NCBI GenBank assembly: GCA_021324535.1
Contig: JAJPIU010000192.1
Coordinates: 82-64,081, forward strand
DNA length: 64,000 nucleotides
Reading direction: 5' to 3'
Origin: Pseudomonadota bacterium
GTDB lineage: Bacteria; Chloroflexota; Ktedonobacteria; Ktedonobacterales; JADMIN01
A program made the position numbers and the translations under genes. The notes under the pieces are model-generated. The model was not told where the DNA came from. It made no database searches and was given only the letters and a program-made list of their open reading frames with translations. Of this stretch, positions 1 through 7,975 are shown piece after piece. Every line of letters starts with the position of its first letter. The first letter of the stretch is position 1.

Positions 1-108
1 ATGATTGAGGGTAAATGTGGCAAGACCTGGATCCGCCAGATCAAGCGTTGGCTCCAGAAGATCAAAGTCGGAGCCGATAAACGCTACACCGCGCACAACA
101 AACCGTAA
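1..108 (+). CDS. 3' end of an unidentified ORF entering from the left edge (..IEGKCGKTWIRQIKRWLQKIKVGADKRYTAHNKP*)
   Basis: The frame is open from base 1 to TAA at 106-108. Third codon positions are mostly G/C, as in confirmed genes here. The competing minus-strand ORF (186 to <1) has weak GC3. No family recognised. Confidence 0.25.
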   Translation: MIEGKCGKTWIRQIKRWLQKIKVGADKRYTAHNKP

Positions 109-209
109 CTGTTTGCCATCGTTTTCAACCTGCGTTTGCTCATCGCCATGCGCGTCATGATAGCGGGCTGGATATACTGCTGCCATCAAACACCCCCACC
201 GGAGATCGG

Positions 210-506
210 TCACTTATCATCCCTGCCATAGCGCATGAGCAACTGGCCCACGCGCCCGGCGATCTCGTTCCAGATGTAGCTTTGATACTCAAGCATTGTC
301 GCCTGCCGCTCGTCATAGGCGCGGGCGCTGGGGTCGCGCTGGGCGTTCGCCACGAAACGCTGCGCAAGCTCGTAGCTCTGGCGTCCGCGCTCTTCCAGAT
401 AGGCGTGCAGCTCGCCCAGGTCGCTCAGTAGCTCATCGAGTTGGCGCTGCGCATCGGGTGTGGCGGCCGTTTGGGGTGATTGCTCCTGGGGCGCCTCGTC
501 GCTCAT
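210..506 (-). CDS. hypothetical small protein (98 aa)
   Basis: Its ATG (504-506) overlaps the rlmB stop (503-505) as ATGA, which indicates translational coupling. Codon bias looks coding. No motif recognised. Confidence 0.6.
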   Translation of the reverse strand: MSDEAPQEQSPQTAATPDAQRQLDELLSDLGELHAYLEERGRQSYELAQRFVANAQRDPSARAYDERQATMLEYQSYIWNEIAGRVGQLLMRYGRDDK

Positions 507-1327
507 TCCTCGCCTCCGCCTTCACTACCAATTTCAGCGGTCTCGCTCGCCCCTGCATTTGTAGCTTCGCCCGCCGCGCTATCCGCTGTCATGGCCCAAC
601 CGCGCTGCCGCCAGATTTCATAGAGCGCGATGGAGCCTGCCACACCAGCGTTGAGCGAGCCGATGCGTCCCCGCATGGGCAGGCGAATCAGCAGGTCACA
701 GTGTTCGCGCACCAAGCGGCTGATACCCTTGCCCTCGTTGCCCACCACCAGCGCGATTGGCCCCGTCAGGTTCGCTTTGTCATAGGTGGTCTTTGCCTCG
801 GCGTCCAGCCCGATACACCACAGGCCACGCCGCTTCAGGTCGTCCAGCGTGCGCGTGATGTTGGTGACGCGCGCCACCGGCAGGAACTCCACCGCGCCAG
901 CCGAGGTTTTGTCCACGGCAGGCGTCAGCCCGGCGGCGCGATGCTCCGCAATGATCACGCCATGAGCGCCGACGATCTCAGCCGTGCGAATGAGCGATCC
1001 CAGGTTCTGCACATCCTGAATGGTATCCAACACGACGACCAGCGGCGGCTCGCCAAGCTCCTCGGCACGCCGCAGGATGTCATCCACCTCGGCGTAGGTA
1101 CGCGGGGCGACAAGCGCCATCACCCCCTGGTGGTTCGCGTTCTTGCTCAGGTCATCCAACCGCCGCCGCGAGACCGTCTCCACGCTGACCCCCACGCGCC
1201 GCGCCTGATCCAGAACCTGCGTCATCCCCGAATCACGTGGCCCCTGCGCCACCAGCAGGTGTTTCACACGCCGCCGTGACCGCAGCGCCTCCAACACAGG
1301 GTAGCGCCCCCAGATATATTCAGCCAT
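503..1327 (-). CDS. rlmB: TrmH/SpoU-family 23S rRNA (guanosine-2'-O)-methyltransferase, RlmB-like
   Basis: N-terminal YIWGRYPVLEALR substrate-binding-type domain. SpoU motifs are present: LDTIQDVQNLGSLIRTAE, VVGNEGKGISRL and IRLPMRGRIGSLNAGVAGSIALYE. It lies downstream of cysS, a common arrangement. Confidence 0.9.
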   Translation of the reverse strand: MAEYIWGRYPVLEALRSRRRVKHLLVAQGPRDSGMTQVLDQARRVGVSVETVSRRRLDDLSKNANHQGVMALVAPRTYAEVDDILRRAEELGEPPLVVVLDTIQDVQNLGSLIRTAEIVGAHGVIIAEHRAAGLTPAVDKTSAGAVEFLPVARVTNITRTLDDLKRRGLWCIGLDAEAKTTYDKANLTGPIALVVGNEGKGISRLVREHCDLLIRLPMRGRIGSLNAGVAGSIALYEIWRQRGWAMTADSAAGEATNAGASETAEIGSEGGGEE

Positions 1328-1340
1328 TACCTACCCCCCG

Positions 1341-1365
1341 CCCCCTCCCATAGATGGGAAGGGGG
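1341..1365. repeat. GC-rich hairpin module, copy 1 of 2 (CCCCCTCCC-ATAGAT-GGGAAGGGGG); the second copy is at 41076-41100
   Basis: Read on the minus strand (cysS sense) it is CCCCCTTCCCATCTATGGGAGGGGG. That is nearly identical to the ftsH terminator stem-loop, including the ATCTAT loop. It sits between the cysS stop (1393) and the rlmB start (1327) and has no U-tract. Confidence 0.7.
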
Positions 1366-1392
1366 AATAATGTATGCGCCAACTTTTGGCCT

Positions 1393-3081
1393 TTACTCTT
1401 CGCGCACCGACCAGACAGCGCCCTGTGGCGTGTCTTTTAGCGTCACGCGATACTCGTCGTTCAGCGCCTTGCGGATGCGATCCGCCTCCGACCAGTCGCG
1501 CCGTGCGCGGGCCTCTTCGCGCTGGGCGATCAGCGCCTCGATCTGCGCGCGTGTCGCATCGTCGAGCGTCTTGCCCGCCGCCTCGCTATCCACCAGTTCG
1601 ATGCCGATAGCGTTCGCCAGCTCATCAAGCGTCGCCACGGCGTCATCGAGCGCCTTCACCGTCGCGGGCGTTGGCGTCTCGCCGATGCCGCTGGTGTAAT
1701 CGTTGATGCGATGGGCCAGCTCATCGAGCGCGCTCAGCGCCAGCGAGGTGTTGAAATCGTCGTCCATCGCGGCGATGAAGTCTGTTCGCGCTGTGGCAAG
1801 CTGCTGTCGCAAGGTGTTTTCGCGTTCGCCGCATGCCAGCGATGGATTCTCCGCACCAGCCCGTTTGCGTCCGCGCCCCTTGCCGTTCGCTTGTGGCGCC
1901 GCTTCATCTTGCGTGTCGGCCAGACGTTGCGCCGCCCACTCGCGCAGGCGGAGCGCCGTGGCGCGCGTCTCAGCCCAAGCGCGCCAGCGTTTCACCGTCG
2001 CGCGCAGTTGCTCTTCGGAGTACACCAGATTGGCGCGGTAATGCTGGCCGAGCAGATACGCCCGCAACGCAGGCGCCGGAATCTCGCCGGAGGCCAAGAC
2101 CGAGCGGATGGTGATGAACTCGCCGGAGTGCGCCATCTTCTGCTGCTCGCTCTCACTTGCCGCCGCCTCGCTTTTCGTAGGCAGGCTGAGCATGCCGGTA
2201 TGCAGCCAGTAGCGCACAAAGGGAACCTTGTCGGTATAGCTCTCGCTCTGGGCGATCTCGTTCTCATGGTGCGGGAAGATCAGATCGGAGCCGCCGCCGT
2301 GAATGTCAATCTGCTCGCCTAGCGTCTTCAAAACCATTGTTGAGCACTCGATATGCCAACCGGGTCGTCCGCGTCCCCACGGACTCTCCCACCAGGGTTC
2401 GCCCGGCTTGGCCGACTTCCACAGGGCGAAGTCGCGCGGGTCGTGTTTGCGCTCATCCGGCTCGATGCGTGCGCCCACCAGCATAGCGTCTTCGTCACGC
2501 CCCGACAGCCGTCCATACGCCGGAAAGCTAGGAACCGAAAAGAACACATCGCCCCCCTCGACGACATACGCATGCCCCTTGTCAATCAATCCCTGCACGA
2601 CCTCGATGATCTGCGGGATGAACTCGGTGACATAGGTAAACTCGTCGGCTGGCTGGACGTTGATGCGCCCCATGTCGCGGAAGTACGACTCGGTGTAGCG
2701 CCGCGCGGCAAGGGACGGCGCGATCCCTTCGCGCAGTCCGGCGGCGATGATCTTGTCATCAATGTCGGTGAAGTTCTGGATGTAGCGCGTCTTGTAGCCA
2801 CGGTATTCCAGGTAGCGCCGCACGGTATCATTGACGGCGAAGAGTCGCGCATGGCCCAGGTGTGGCTCGTTCTTCGGTGTCAGCCCGCAGACATACATCT
2901 TCACCGGGAACCCCAGAGGAACAAACGGCTCTTCTTCATGGGTCTCGGTATTATAGATGCGCAGTTGCGGGAGTTGCGCCAGCGGCGTAGCTGGCGCTGC
3001 CGATTCTTGCGGCTGCGTTGACTGTTTTGCGGTGGTAGCCTTTGTAGATTTCTTGGCTGGCGTGGTCGGTGTAGTCGCCAT
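1393..3081 (-). CDS. cysS: cysteine--tRNA ligase
   Basis: Class I signature HLGHARLF (HIGH) and KMAHSGEF (KMSKS). The CysS-typical WPGWHIECS zinc/anticodon-side motif is present. It is longer than usual (562 aa), with an Ala/Thr/Pro-rich N-terminal tail and a basic insertion. Confidence 0.95.
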   Translation of the reverse strand: MATTPTTPAKKSTKATTAKQSTQPQESAAPATPLAQLPQLRIYNTETHEEEPFVPLGFPVKMYVCGLTPKNEPHLGHARLFAVNDTVRRYLEYRGYKTRYIQNFTDIDDKIIAAGLREGIAPSLAARRYTESYFRDMGRINVQPADEFTYVTEFIPQIIEVVQGLIDKGHAYVVEGGDVFFSVPSFPAYGRLSGRDEDAMLVGARIEPDERKHDPRDFALWKSAKPGEPWWESPWGRGRPGWHIECSTMVLKTLGEQIDIHGGGSDLIFPHHENEIAQSESYTDKVPFVRYWLHTGMLSLPTKSEAAASESEQQKMAHSGEFITIRSVLASGEIPAPALRAYLLGQHYRANLVYSEEQLRATVKRWRAWAETRATALRLREWAAQRLADTQDEAAPQANGKGRGRKRAGAENPSLACGERENTLRQQLATARTDFIAAMDDDFNTSLALSALDELAHRINDYTSGIGETPTPATVKALDDAVATLDELANAIGIELVDSEAAGKTLDDATRAQIEALIAQREEARARRDWSEADRIRKALNDEYRVTLKDTPQGAVWSVREE

Positions 3082-3162
3082 AACTATATTCTGCCTTCCT
3101 GTTGGATTGGGTACGAGAGCAAGCGGTAGCCGACGCAGAGAATCATCAAGTCGTCAAAGTCA

Positions 3163-3242
3163 AACGCCCATCGGCGCGCGGTGGGCGTTCCCTGCATCAT
3201 CTCATCGCCTGTTTATCCGCGCGTTCACGCCCGATGGGCGTT
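3163..3242 (-). promoter_or_regulatory. alternative-helix RNA element in the cysS 5' leader
   Basis: On the minus strand, AACGCCCATCGG..CGCGCGG (plus 3217-3242) can pair with CCGCGCGCCGATGGGCGTT (plus 3163-3181), giving 12+7 bp with a 7-nt bulge. The same TGGGCGTT can instead pair locally with AACGCCCA (plus 3182-3189). Confidence 0.4.
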
Positions 3243-3407
3243 GTTACAGGCGCAACAGGAGCCAGTATGCCACAACCGGTGAAATGCTGTACGTGGATGA
3301 GGGGCGTGATCAAGGCCGAAACGCACGATGGGCAAGGCAAAGGAGGCGTCGCCAACGCTGGCCACACTGTGCCCATGATCAATCGTTCTAGATAAACTGC
3401 TACCCAT
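3225..3407 (-). CDS. candidate upstream ORF / leader peptide, 60 codons, ending ..WHTGSCCACNNAHRA*
   Basis: ATG at 3405-3407 is preceded by GGGGTGG 7 nt upstream. Three Cys codons fall within four codons (plus 3246-3257). The stop TGA (3225-3227) lies in the bulge of the long helix. GC3 is only moderate. Hypothesis only. Confidence 0.25.
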   Translation of the reverse strand: MGSSLSRTIDHGHSVASVGDASFALPIVRFGLDHAPHPRTAFHRLWHTGSCCACNNAHRA

Positions 3408-3469
3408 CAAGAAACCACCCCATAGAATGGTAAGCTAGCCTGGCGCAATGCGCACACGCCCTGCTTAAT

Positions 3470-3499
3470 AGTATCGCCTCTAGATGGGCGCTACGTCAA
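3470..3499 (-). promoter_or_regulatory. putative sigma70-type promoter for the cysS leader (TTGACG-N18-GATACT on the minus strand)
   Basis: -35 is the reverse complement of 3494-3499 and -10 is the reverse complement of 3470-3475. Pattern match only. Confidence 0.3.
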
Positions 3500-3514
3500 G
3501 ACAGGGAAGCATAC

Positions 3515-3560
3515 GCTCACAATCTGCGCTCACAATCTGCGCTCACAATCTGCGCTCACA
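3515..3560. repeat. 13-bp tandem repeat (GCTCACAATCTGC) x3 plus a 7-bp partial unit
   Basis: Perfect units at 3515-3527, 3528-3540 and 3541-3553, with a partial unit at 3554-3560. It abuts the stop codon (3561-3563) of the Ppx/GppA gene and lies just upstream of the putative cysS-leader -35. Confidence 0.95.
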
Positions 3561-4601
3561 TCATGTCACAGCGACCGGCCAGCCACGCCCCTTGGAGGCG
3601 GCGTTGAGCCAGCCATCGCCCGTGTTGAGATACGCTAACATGGCGCCCTCACGGATGCCGCGCTTGCTCACATGCAGCCGCTCCACGCCGAAACGCTCGG
3701 TGGCCGCCAGCAACGCCACACACCCAGGCGCCATCAGCAGTCCACGCGCCTCGCGCAGATGATAGCGTTCGGTCAGTTCAGTGGCTCCATAGCGTTGCGT
3801 CAGCGCTAGAAGTTGATCCATCTGTTCGAGCGTCAGCAGACGTTGCTGACCGACGGCAGGACGCGCCTCGCTCACGTCGCTTACGCCGCCGTTGCCATTG
3901 CGCGCCGTCTTGCGCTGGCTCGCCTGGCTACGGAAGGCGCGCCGGGCGAGCTGCGTGAGCGCTGTAGCCGTGCCGCCACACACACTTACATCCATCACAG
4001 AGGTTGGCACAGGCAGTGATTGCAGCGCCTCGGTCACGGTCTGGTAGGCACGCGCCAGTTCCCGAAAGGTAGGTGGATCGCTCGCCAGAAAGCGATTGCG
4101 TAGCACACCGCCACCCAACGGCAGCGACGCTCGCCAGAGGATGCGCGTTCCCTCGCCAACGATCAATTCAAGGCTGCCGCCGCCAAGATCAATCACACCA
4201 CGCTTTCCGGCGATATGCGCCGTCTCACTGGTGGTTCCCCAATAGGCCAGCGCCGCCTCCTGCTCGCCTGTGATCACCTGCAAGCGGAGACCCGTCTCGT
4301 TGGCGACCCGCTCGATGAAGGTTGAGGCGTTGGCGGCGCGACGCACCCCTTCTGTCGCAATGCCAAGGATCGTCTCGGCGCCAAGCGCCTTTGCCAGTGC
4401 GATTTGTTCGCGCACAGCAGCGATGGCCGCCTCCGCGCGTTCCGGCCCAATGGCCCCAACCGCTGTGACATCGCGCCCCAACTGCACAAACGCCGCCGTG
4501 TCCTTGAGAATGCGCAGATCATGGCCGTCATGCGGCGGGAGCATGACGGCCAGATGAACGGTGTTACTGCCAGCGTCAATCGCGGCAAGCGTGGGCGGCA
4601 T
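3561..4601 (-). CDS. Ppx/GppA-family phosphatase (exopolyphosphatase-like)
   Basis: AAIDAGSNTVHLAV phosphate-1 motif, DLGGGSLEL, and an actin-like ATPase fold pattern. The ORF stays open up to a GTG at 4763, but that extension has weak GC3, so ATG 4599-4601 (MPPTLAAIDAGSN) is preferred. Confidence 0.85.
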   Translation of the reverse strand: MPPTLAAIDAGSNTVHLAVMLPPHDGHDLRILKDTAAFVQLGRDVTAVGAIGPERAEAAIAAVREQIALAKALGAETILGIATEGVRRAANASTFIERVANETGLRLQVITGEQEAALAYWGTTSETAHIAGKRGVIDLGGGSLELIVGEGTRILWRASLPLGGGVLRNRFLASDPPTFRELARAYQTVTEALQSLPVPTSVMDVSVCGGTATALTQLARRAFRSQASQRKTARNGNGGVSDVSEARPAVGQQRLLTLEQMDQLLALTQRYGATELTERYHLREARGLLMAPGCVALLAATERFGVERLHVSKRGIREGAMLAYLNTGDGWLNAASKGRGWPVAVT

Positions 4602-5216
4602 CCTGCCAGCCCGATCCTCACTGGAACTCTTACTATGCTCGCCTGTTTTGTCCTCACCGAGGAACTGACGCCAGAGGTTAGATCGTTCGCGCGCCGAGGC
4701 TCTAGTGCTCACAGAGTTCCCTGCTTTCCATGCCAACTTGCTCGTCACATCCCTATCGTACACGATTATTGAGCAAGTCGCTAGCCATCTGCGACCATTG
4801 GGCGCACATCACGACCGGATGGATCGGAGGTGAACATATCCTCACCAAGCTCGATGCGCCGCCCTGTTAGCTCACCCTCAGGCGTCGTCTCCACGAGCGC
4901 CCACCGCAGTATCACGCCGATTGCTGTCAATCACCTCATGCCACAGGCGGCGCAAGAGCAACACCTTCGCCGTCTGTGGCAGATGCTCGCTGATGTCGGA
5001 AAACACCGTCCACCCGCGCGTTCGGGTGCGCCCAACAGGCTCTCGGCGTGTTGGCGCGTAGACGTATCGAGCGAAACCAGCCATTCTGTACAATCCAAAA
5101 CGCCATCCCGAACATACTCCATATTTGATTTGCCCTTCGTCGAGCGTGGGACTTCCAGCTGAAGCCCACGCACGCCCTGACATCCGCATGGGCTGAAAGC
5201 CCAACGGCTTTACGGG

Positions 5217-6797
5217 CTATTCTGTAAGCCGCCCACGCGCCACATAAGGATCGCCCAGCGGACGCACCTCGAAGCGCACCTGGATGATCTGATCGCCCCC
5301 GTTCGTCCAGATCGCCACATGACATTTATAGGGGCCAAGGGGCAATCCATGGGCGTCAATGTTCACACGCACACTGGCGGTTTCCTCATCAATGATGGCT
5401 GGCTCGACGATCAAGCAATCAAGATTGGTCTCCGTGCGGCCTGCCAGTTGTCCGCCTCCCTGGTTGGCAATTTGCAGTTCATAGGTAACGACACTCCCTA
5501 CCTCGATGGCGCCTGCGTCGAGCCGCAGCGGCCAAACGGAAAGATGCGGCGGCATAACGCCAGTACGTTTGGCGGCGCCCATTGGCCTGGCTGCGTTGCT
5601 GGCGCCTGGCACGCTAGCCGCGCCAGGAATATACACCCCACCCGGCGGAACACCTTGTTGCGCCGCTTTGCGTCCATCCATTTGGTTTGGGCGTCCCGCT
5701 CCCTGTGGAGCGCCTGAGATACGATTTGCCAGAGGGGCGATGGGCACATTTGGCGCGAGAGGAGTCTCTGACCCAAATGGCGCGCGTTCTCTTGGGAGGG
5801 AGGTGTGAACACCCGATGACGTTCCACTGCCATCTGGCGCCCCCGGCATGGCGCTCATCCCTTTCGCCTGGCGTAGCGCCCAAAGCAGCGCATCTCGCAT
5901 GGCAAGGTCGCTTGGAAAACGATCATGCGCTTGCAGATTGAGCGCCTGATGGATGACGCGCTCAACTGGCTCAGGTACCCTGGGGTTGATCGAGCGGATG
6001 GGAGTCAGCGTGCGCCCGGCCGTGCGAATGGGCGCCGCCTCAGGCACGCGGCCCGTCACCAGGTGGTAGAGCGAGGCGCCCAGCGCATACATATCCGAAC
6101 GCGGCTCGGAGTGCGAGCTATATTGTTCGAGTGGCGCATAGCCATCGGTGCCAAGTTGCATCGTATCGGTCAGGCGCGCCGGATGCAACCAGCGCGCGAT
6201 GCCAAAATCAATCAGCTTGATTGATTTGTCAGGCAGCAGCATGACGTTCGCCGGTTTCAGATCGCGGTAGATAATCGGCGGCTCCTGCGCATGCAAATAC
6301 GCTAGCACATCGCACAGCGCGATGCCCCATCCCATCACCTCTTCCCAGTCAAGCGGCTCTTTGCGATACACCACCATCTCATCTTCGAGATTATGCCCCG
6401 GCACATATTCCATCACCAGATAGTAGCGATTCCCCTCGACAAAGATGTCATAGACCCTGGCAAGCGCGAAATGATCGAGATTATAGAGCATGCGCGCCTC
6501 GCGCATAAAATCATTGATGGCCTTCTGTCGCTCGTCGTGGGTAAGATTCGCGTCGCTCATCTCTTTGATGGCGCGTTGCGCGTTGCCCTCGATGGTATCG
6601 TGCGCCAGGTAAACAGCGCTTTGGCCACCCTGTGCAAGTTTGCGATCAATGGCATAGCGATTATGTAAAAGGTGTCGCGCATTCAATAAACCGGTATCTG
6701 AATGGCGCCGTTGCAAGCTGGCCCCACACGATGGACAAAAACGCGCATTGGGGGGAATATCCTGCCCGCACAGTGGGCAGAGTGTTTTCTGTGGCAT
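5217..6797 (-). CDS. Ser/Thr protein kinase with N-terminal zinc ribbon and C-terminal beta-sandwich-like domain
   Basis: CPLCGQ..FCPSCG zinc ribbon. Hanks motifs are present: AIKEM (VAIK-like), YRDLKPANVML, DFGIAR and GTDGYAPLE. Start chosen at MPQKTL (GAGG SD); the ORF is open to 6890. No TM segment seen. Confidence 0.9.
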   Translation of the reverse strand: MPQKTLCPLCGQDIPPNARFCPSCGASLQRRHSDTGLLNARHLLHNRYAIDRKLAQGGQSAVYLAHDTIEGNAQRAIKEMSDANLTHDERQKAINDFMREARMLYNLDHFALARVYDIFVEGNRYYLVMEYVPGHNLEDEMVVYRKEPLDWEEVMGWGIALCDVLAYLHAQEPPIIYRDLKPANVMLLPDKSIKLIDFGIARWLHPARLTDTMQLGTDGYAPLEQYSSHSEPRSDMYALGASLYHLVTGRVPEAAPIRTAGRTLTPIRSINPRVPEPVERVIHQALNLQAHDRFPSDLAMRDALLWALRQAKGMSAMPGAPDGSGTSSGVHTSLPRERAPFGSETPLAPNVPIAPLANRISGAPQGAGRPNQMDGRKAAQQGVPPGGVYIPGAASVPGASNAARPMGAAKRTGVMPPHLSVWPLRLDAGAIEVGSVVTYELQIANQGGGQLAGRTETNLDCLIVEPAIIDEETASVRVNIDAHGLPLGPYKCHVAIWTNGGDQIIQVRFEVRPLGDPYVARGRLTE

Positions 6798-7129
6798 AGA
6801 GACCTCAGCGCAAGCGATGGCCGACTCATCTGGACACACGTGGACACACCCATACGCAGGCATTGTAGCATAGCCAATGGCGTATCGCATACTCCTTGCC
6901 CCCAGCAGGCTGTTCTCTCCATCTCGCCCCTATTTGGCGCCTTCTCAGGCAGATCATGGAGATCAGAAATCAGGCGTTCATTTTTGTCTGCTGGTATGGT
7001 ACGATGGGGGAAGAAGCATAAGAACAAGCCGCCAGCATGACAACACGTTGATATTTCACCACTCTTTTTGTTCTCGGTCGTGTTGTATTTCTCAGTATCT
7101 TTTGACGTTCTGAGGAGGGGGCATACAAG

Positions 7130-7855
7130 ATGACCCGATTTGTTGCGCATCGTCGGCTTTCGCTTCGTTGCCGTCCGAATCACTCGTGTGGGCCACATGC
7201 GGTTGTGCGCTGGCCGCTCAGCCTCATCATCTGTTCTCTGACAATCAGTCTGGCAGCCTGCGGTGGGGCAAGCAATACGCCAGCCGCTTCGCCACCAACC
7301 GCGACGCTTGCTCCTACGGCGAATACCAGTGGGATAACAGGTGATTTCGTCGGCACGGTACCTGATTTGGAGGCAGGTGTCGCCATCACCACAGACGGGC
7401 AAAACGTGATAGCCTATCTCTCCGATGGAACTCCAAACCACATCACCTATGCGCTCTGGTTCCAGGGGCAAGTATCAAACAACACATTTAACCTTGATAA
7501 CATCTCCACCGTTGAGATGAGCGGGCTGATCAGCGCCAGCGGTGTCACGGGGACGGTGACGCTCTCAGACGGGAGCAACCACACGTTCTCCGCCTCGCCG
7601 ATTGCAGCTGGAAGTCAGGCAGGCCTCTATCGGGGAGAACTCAACGTTGGAGGTGTGGACTATGTTGCCGGCTGGTACATCCTGAGCGCAGGCGCGGCCA
7701 CAAATGGAGCGCCCACAGTAGGGGGCGGTGTCCTCAATGAGCAAACCAATACCCCGCTTGCCGCGCCCACCCCAGACTTCACCCAGAAGTCGGTTACAGT
7801 CTCAGGGATAGGGACATTCACGCTACACTATTGCCATCTGGCGCAATGCTCGTAA
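7130..7855 (+). CDS. putative lipoprotein, unknown function
   Basis: Hydrophobic N-terminus ending in the lipobox-like LAAC-GG, then a Thr/Ala/Pro linker and a beta-rich body. No family recognised. The start is uncertain. Confidence 0.55.
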   Translation: MTRFVAHRRLSLRCRPNHSCGPHAVVRWPLSLIICSLTISLAACGGASNTPAASPPTATLAPTANTSGITGDFVGTVPDLEAGVAITTDGQNVIAYLSDGTPNHITYALWFQGQVSNNTFNLDNISTVEMSGLISASGVTGTVTLSDGSNHTFSASPIAAGSQAGLYRGELNVGGVDYVAGWYILSAGAATNGAPTVGGGVLNEQTNTPLAAPTPDFTQKSVTVSGIGTFTLHYCHLAQCS

Positions 7856-7975
7856 GCCAGCAACGTGTATCGCATTGTGCGCCGTCTCTTTTCTTTGTTC
7901 TGTCGCATGTCATATGATGTATAGCTATACGATCCTCAATGGCGAGGATCACGCGAACCGTGCAACGGTTGAGCA

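Noticed and set aside
1-186. A minus-strand ORF starting at ATG 184-186 (MAAVYPARYHD..) with a GGTGGGGG SD-like element, running off the left edge.
   Set aside because: Third-position G/C is only about 45 percent by hand count. The plus-strand frame ending at 108 scores about 69 percent, and clear genes here score higher still. It is kept only as an alternative to the low-confidence plus-strand call.
296-1279. A 327-aa plus-strand ORF. Similar cases are 11415..12560 (381 aa), 8207..9163 (318 aa), 33460..34206 (248 aa), 49087..49851 (254 aa) and 63459..63953 (164 aa).
   Set aside because: Each lies antisense to a gene with clear family motifs (rlmB, murD, the APH-like gene, grpE, the response regulator, XRE-STAND). 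Each translates to Arg/Ala/Pro-rich low-complexity sequence.
3400-3420. GGGGTGGTTTCTTG on the cysS strand, which resembles the start of a T-box (GGGTGGTACCGCG).
   Set aside because: The ACCGCG half and an antiterminator/terminator pair at the right distance are missing. It lies about 330 nt from the start codon. No specifier-loop, GA-motif or AGAGA features were seen. It is more simply the SD of the upstream ORF.
4878-5204. A 108-aa minus-strand ORF 13 nt downstream of the kinase gene, considered as a real small gene.
   Set aside because: GC3 is no better than in the two overlapping alternative frames, there is no motif, and there is no clear SD. It is reported instead as part of an unassigned region.
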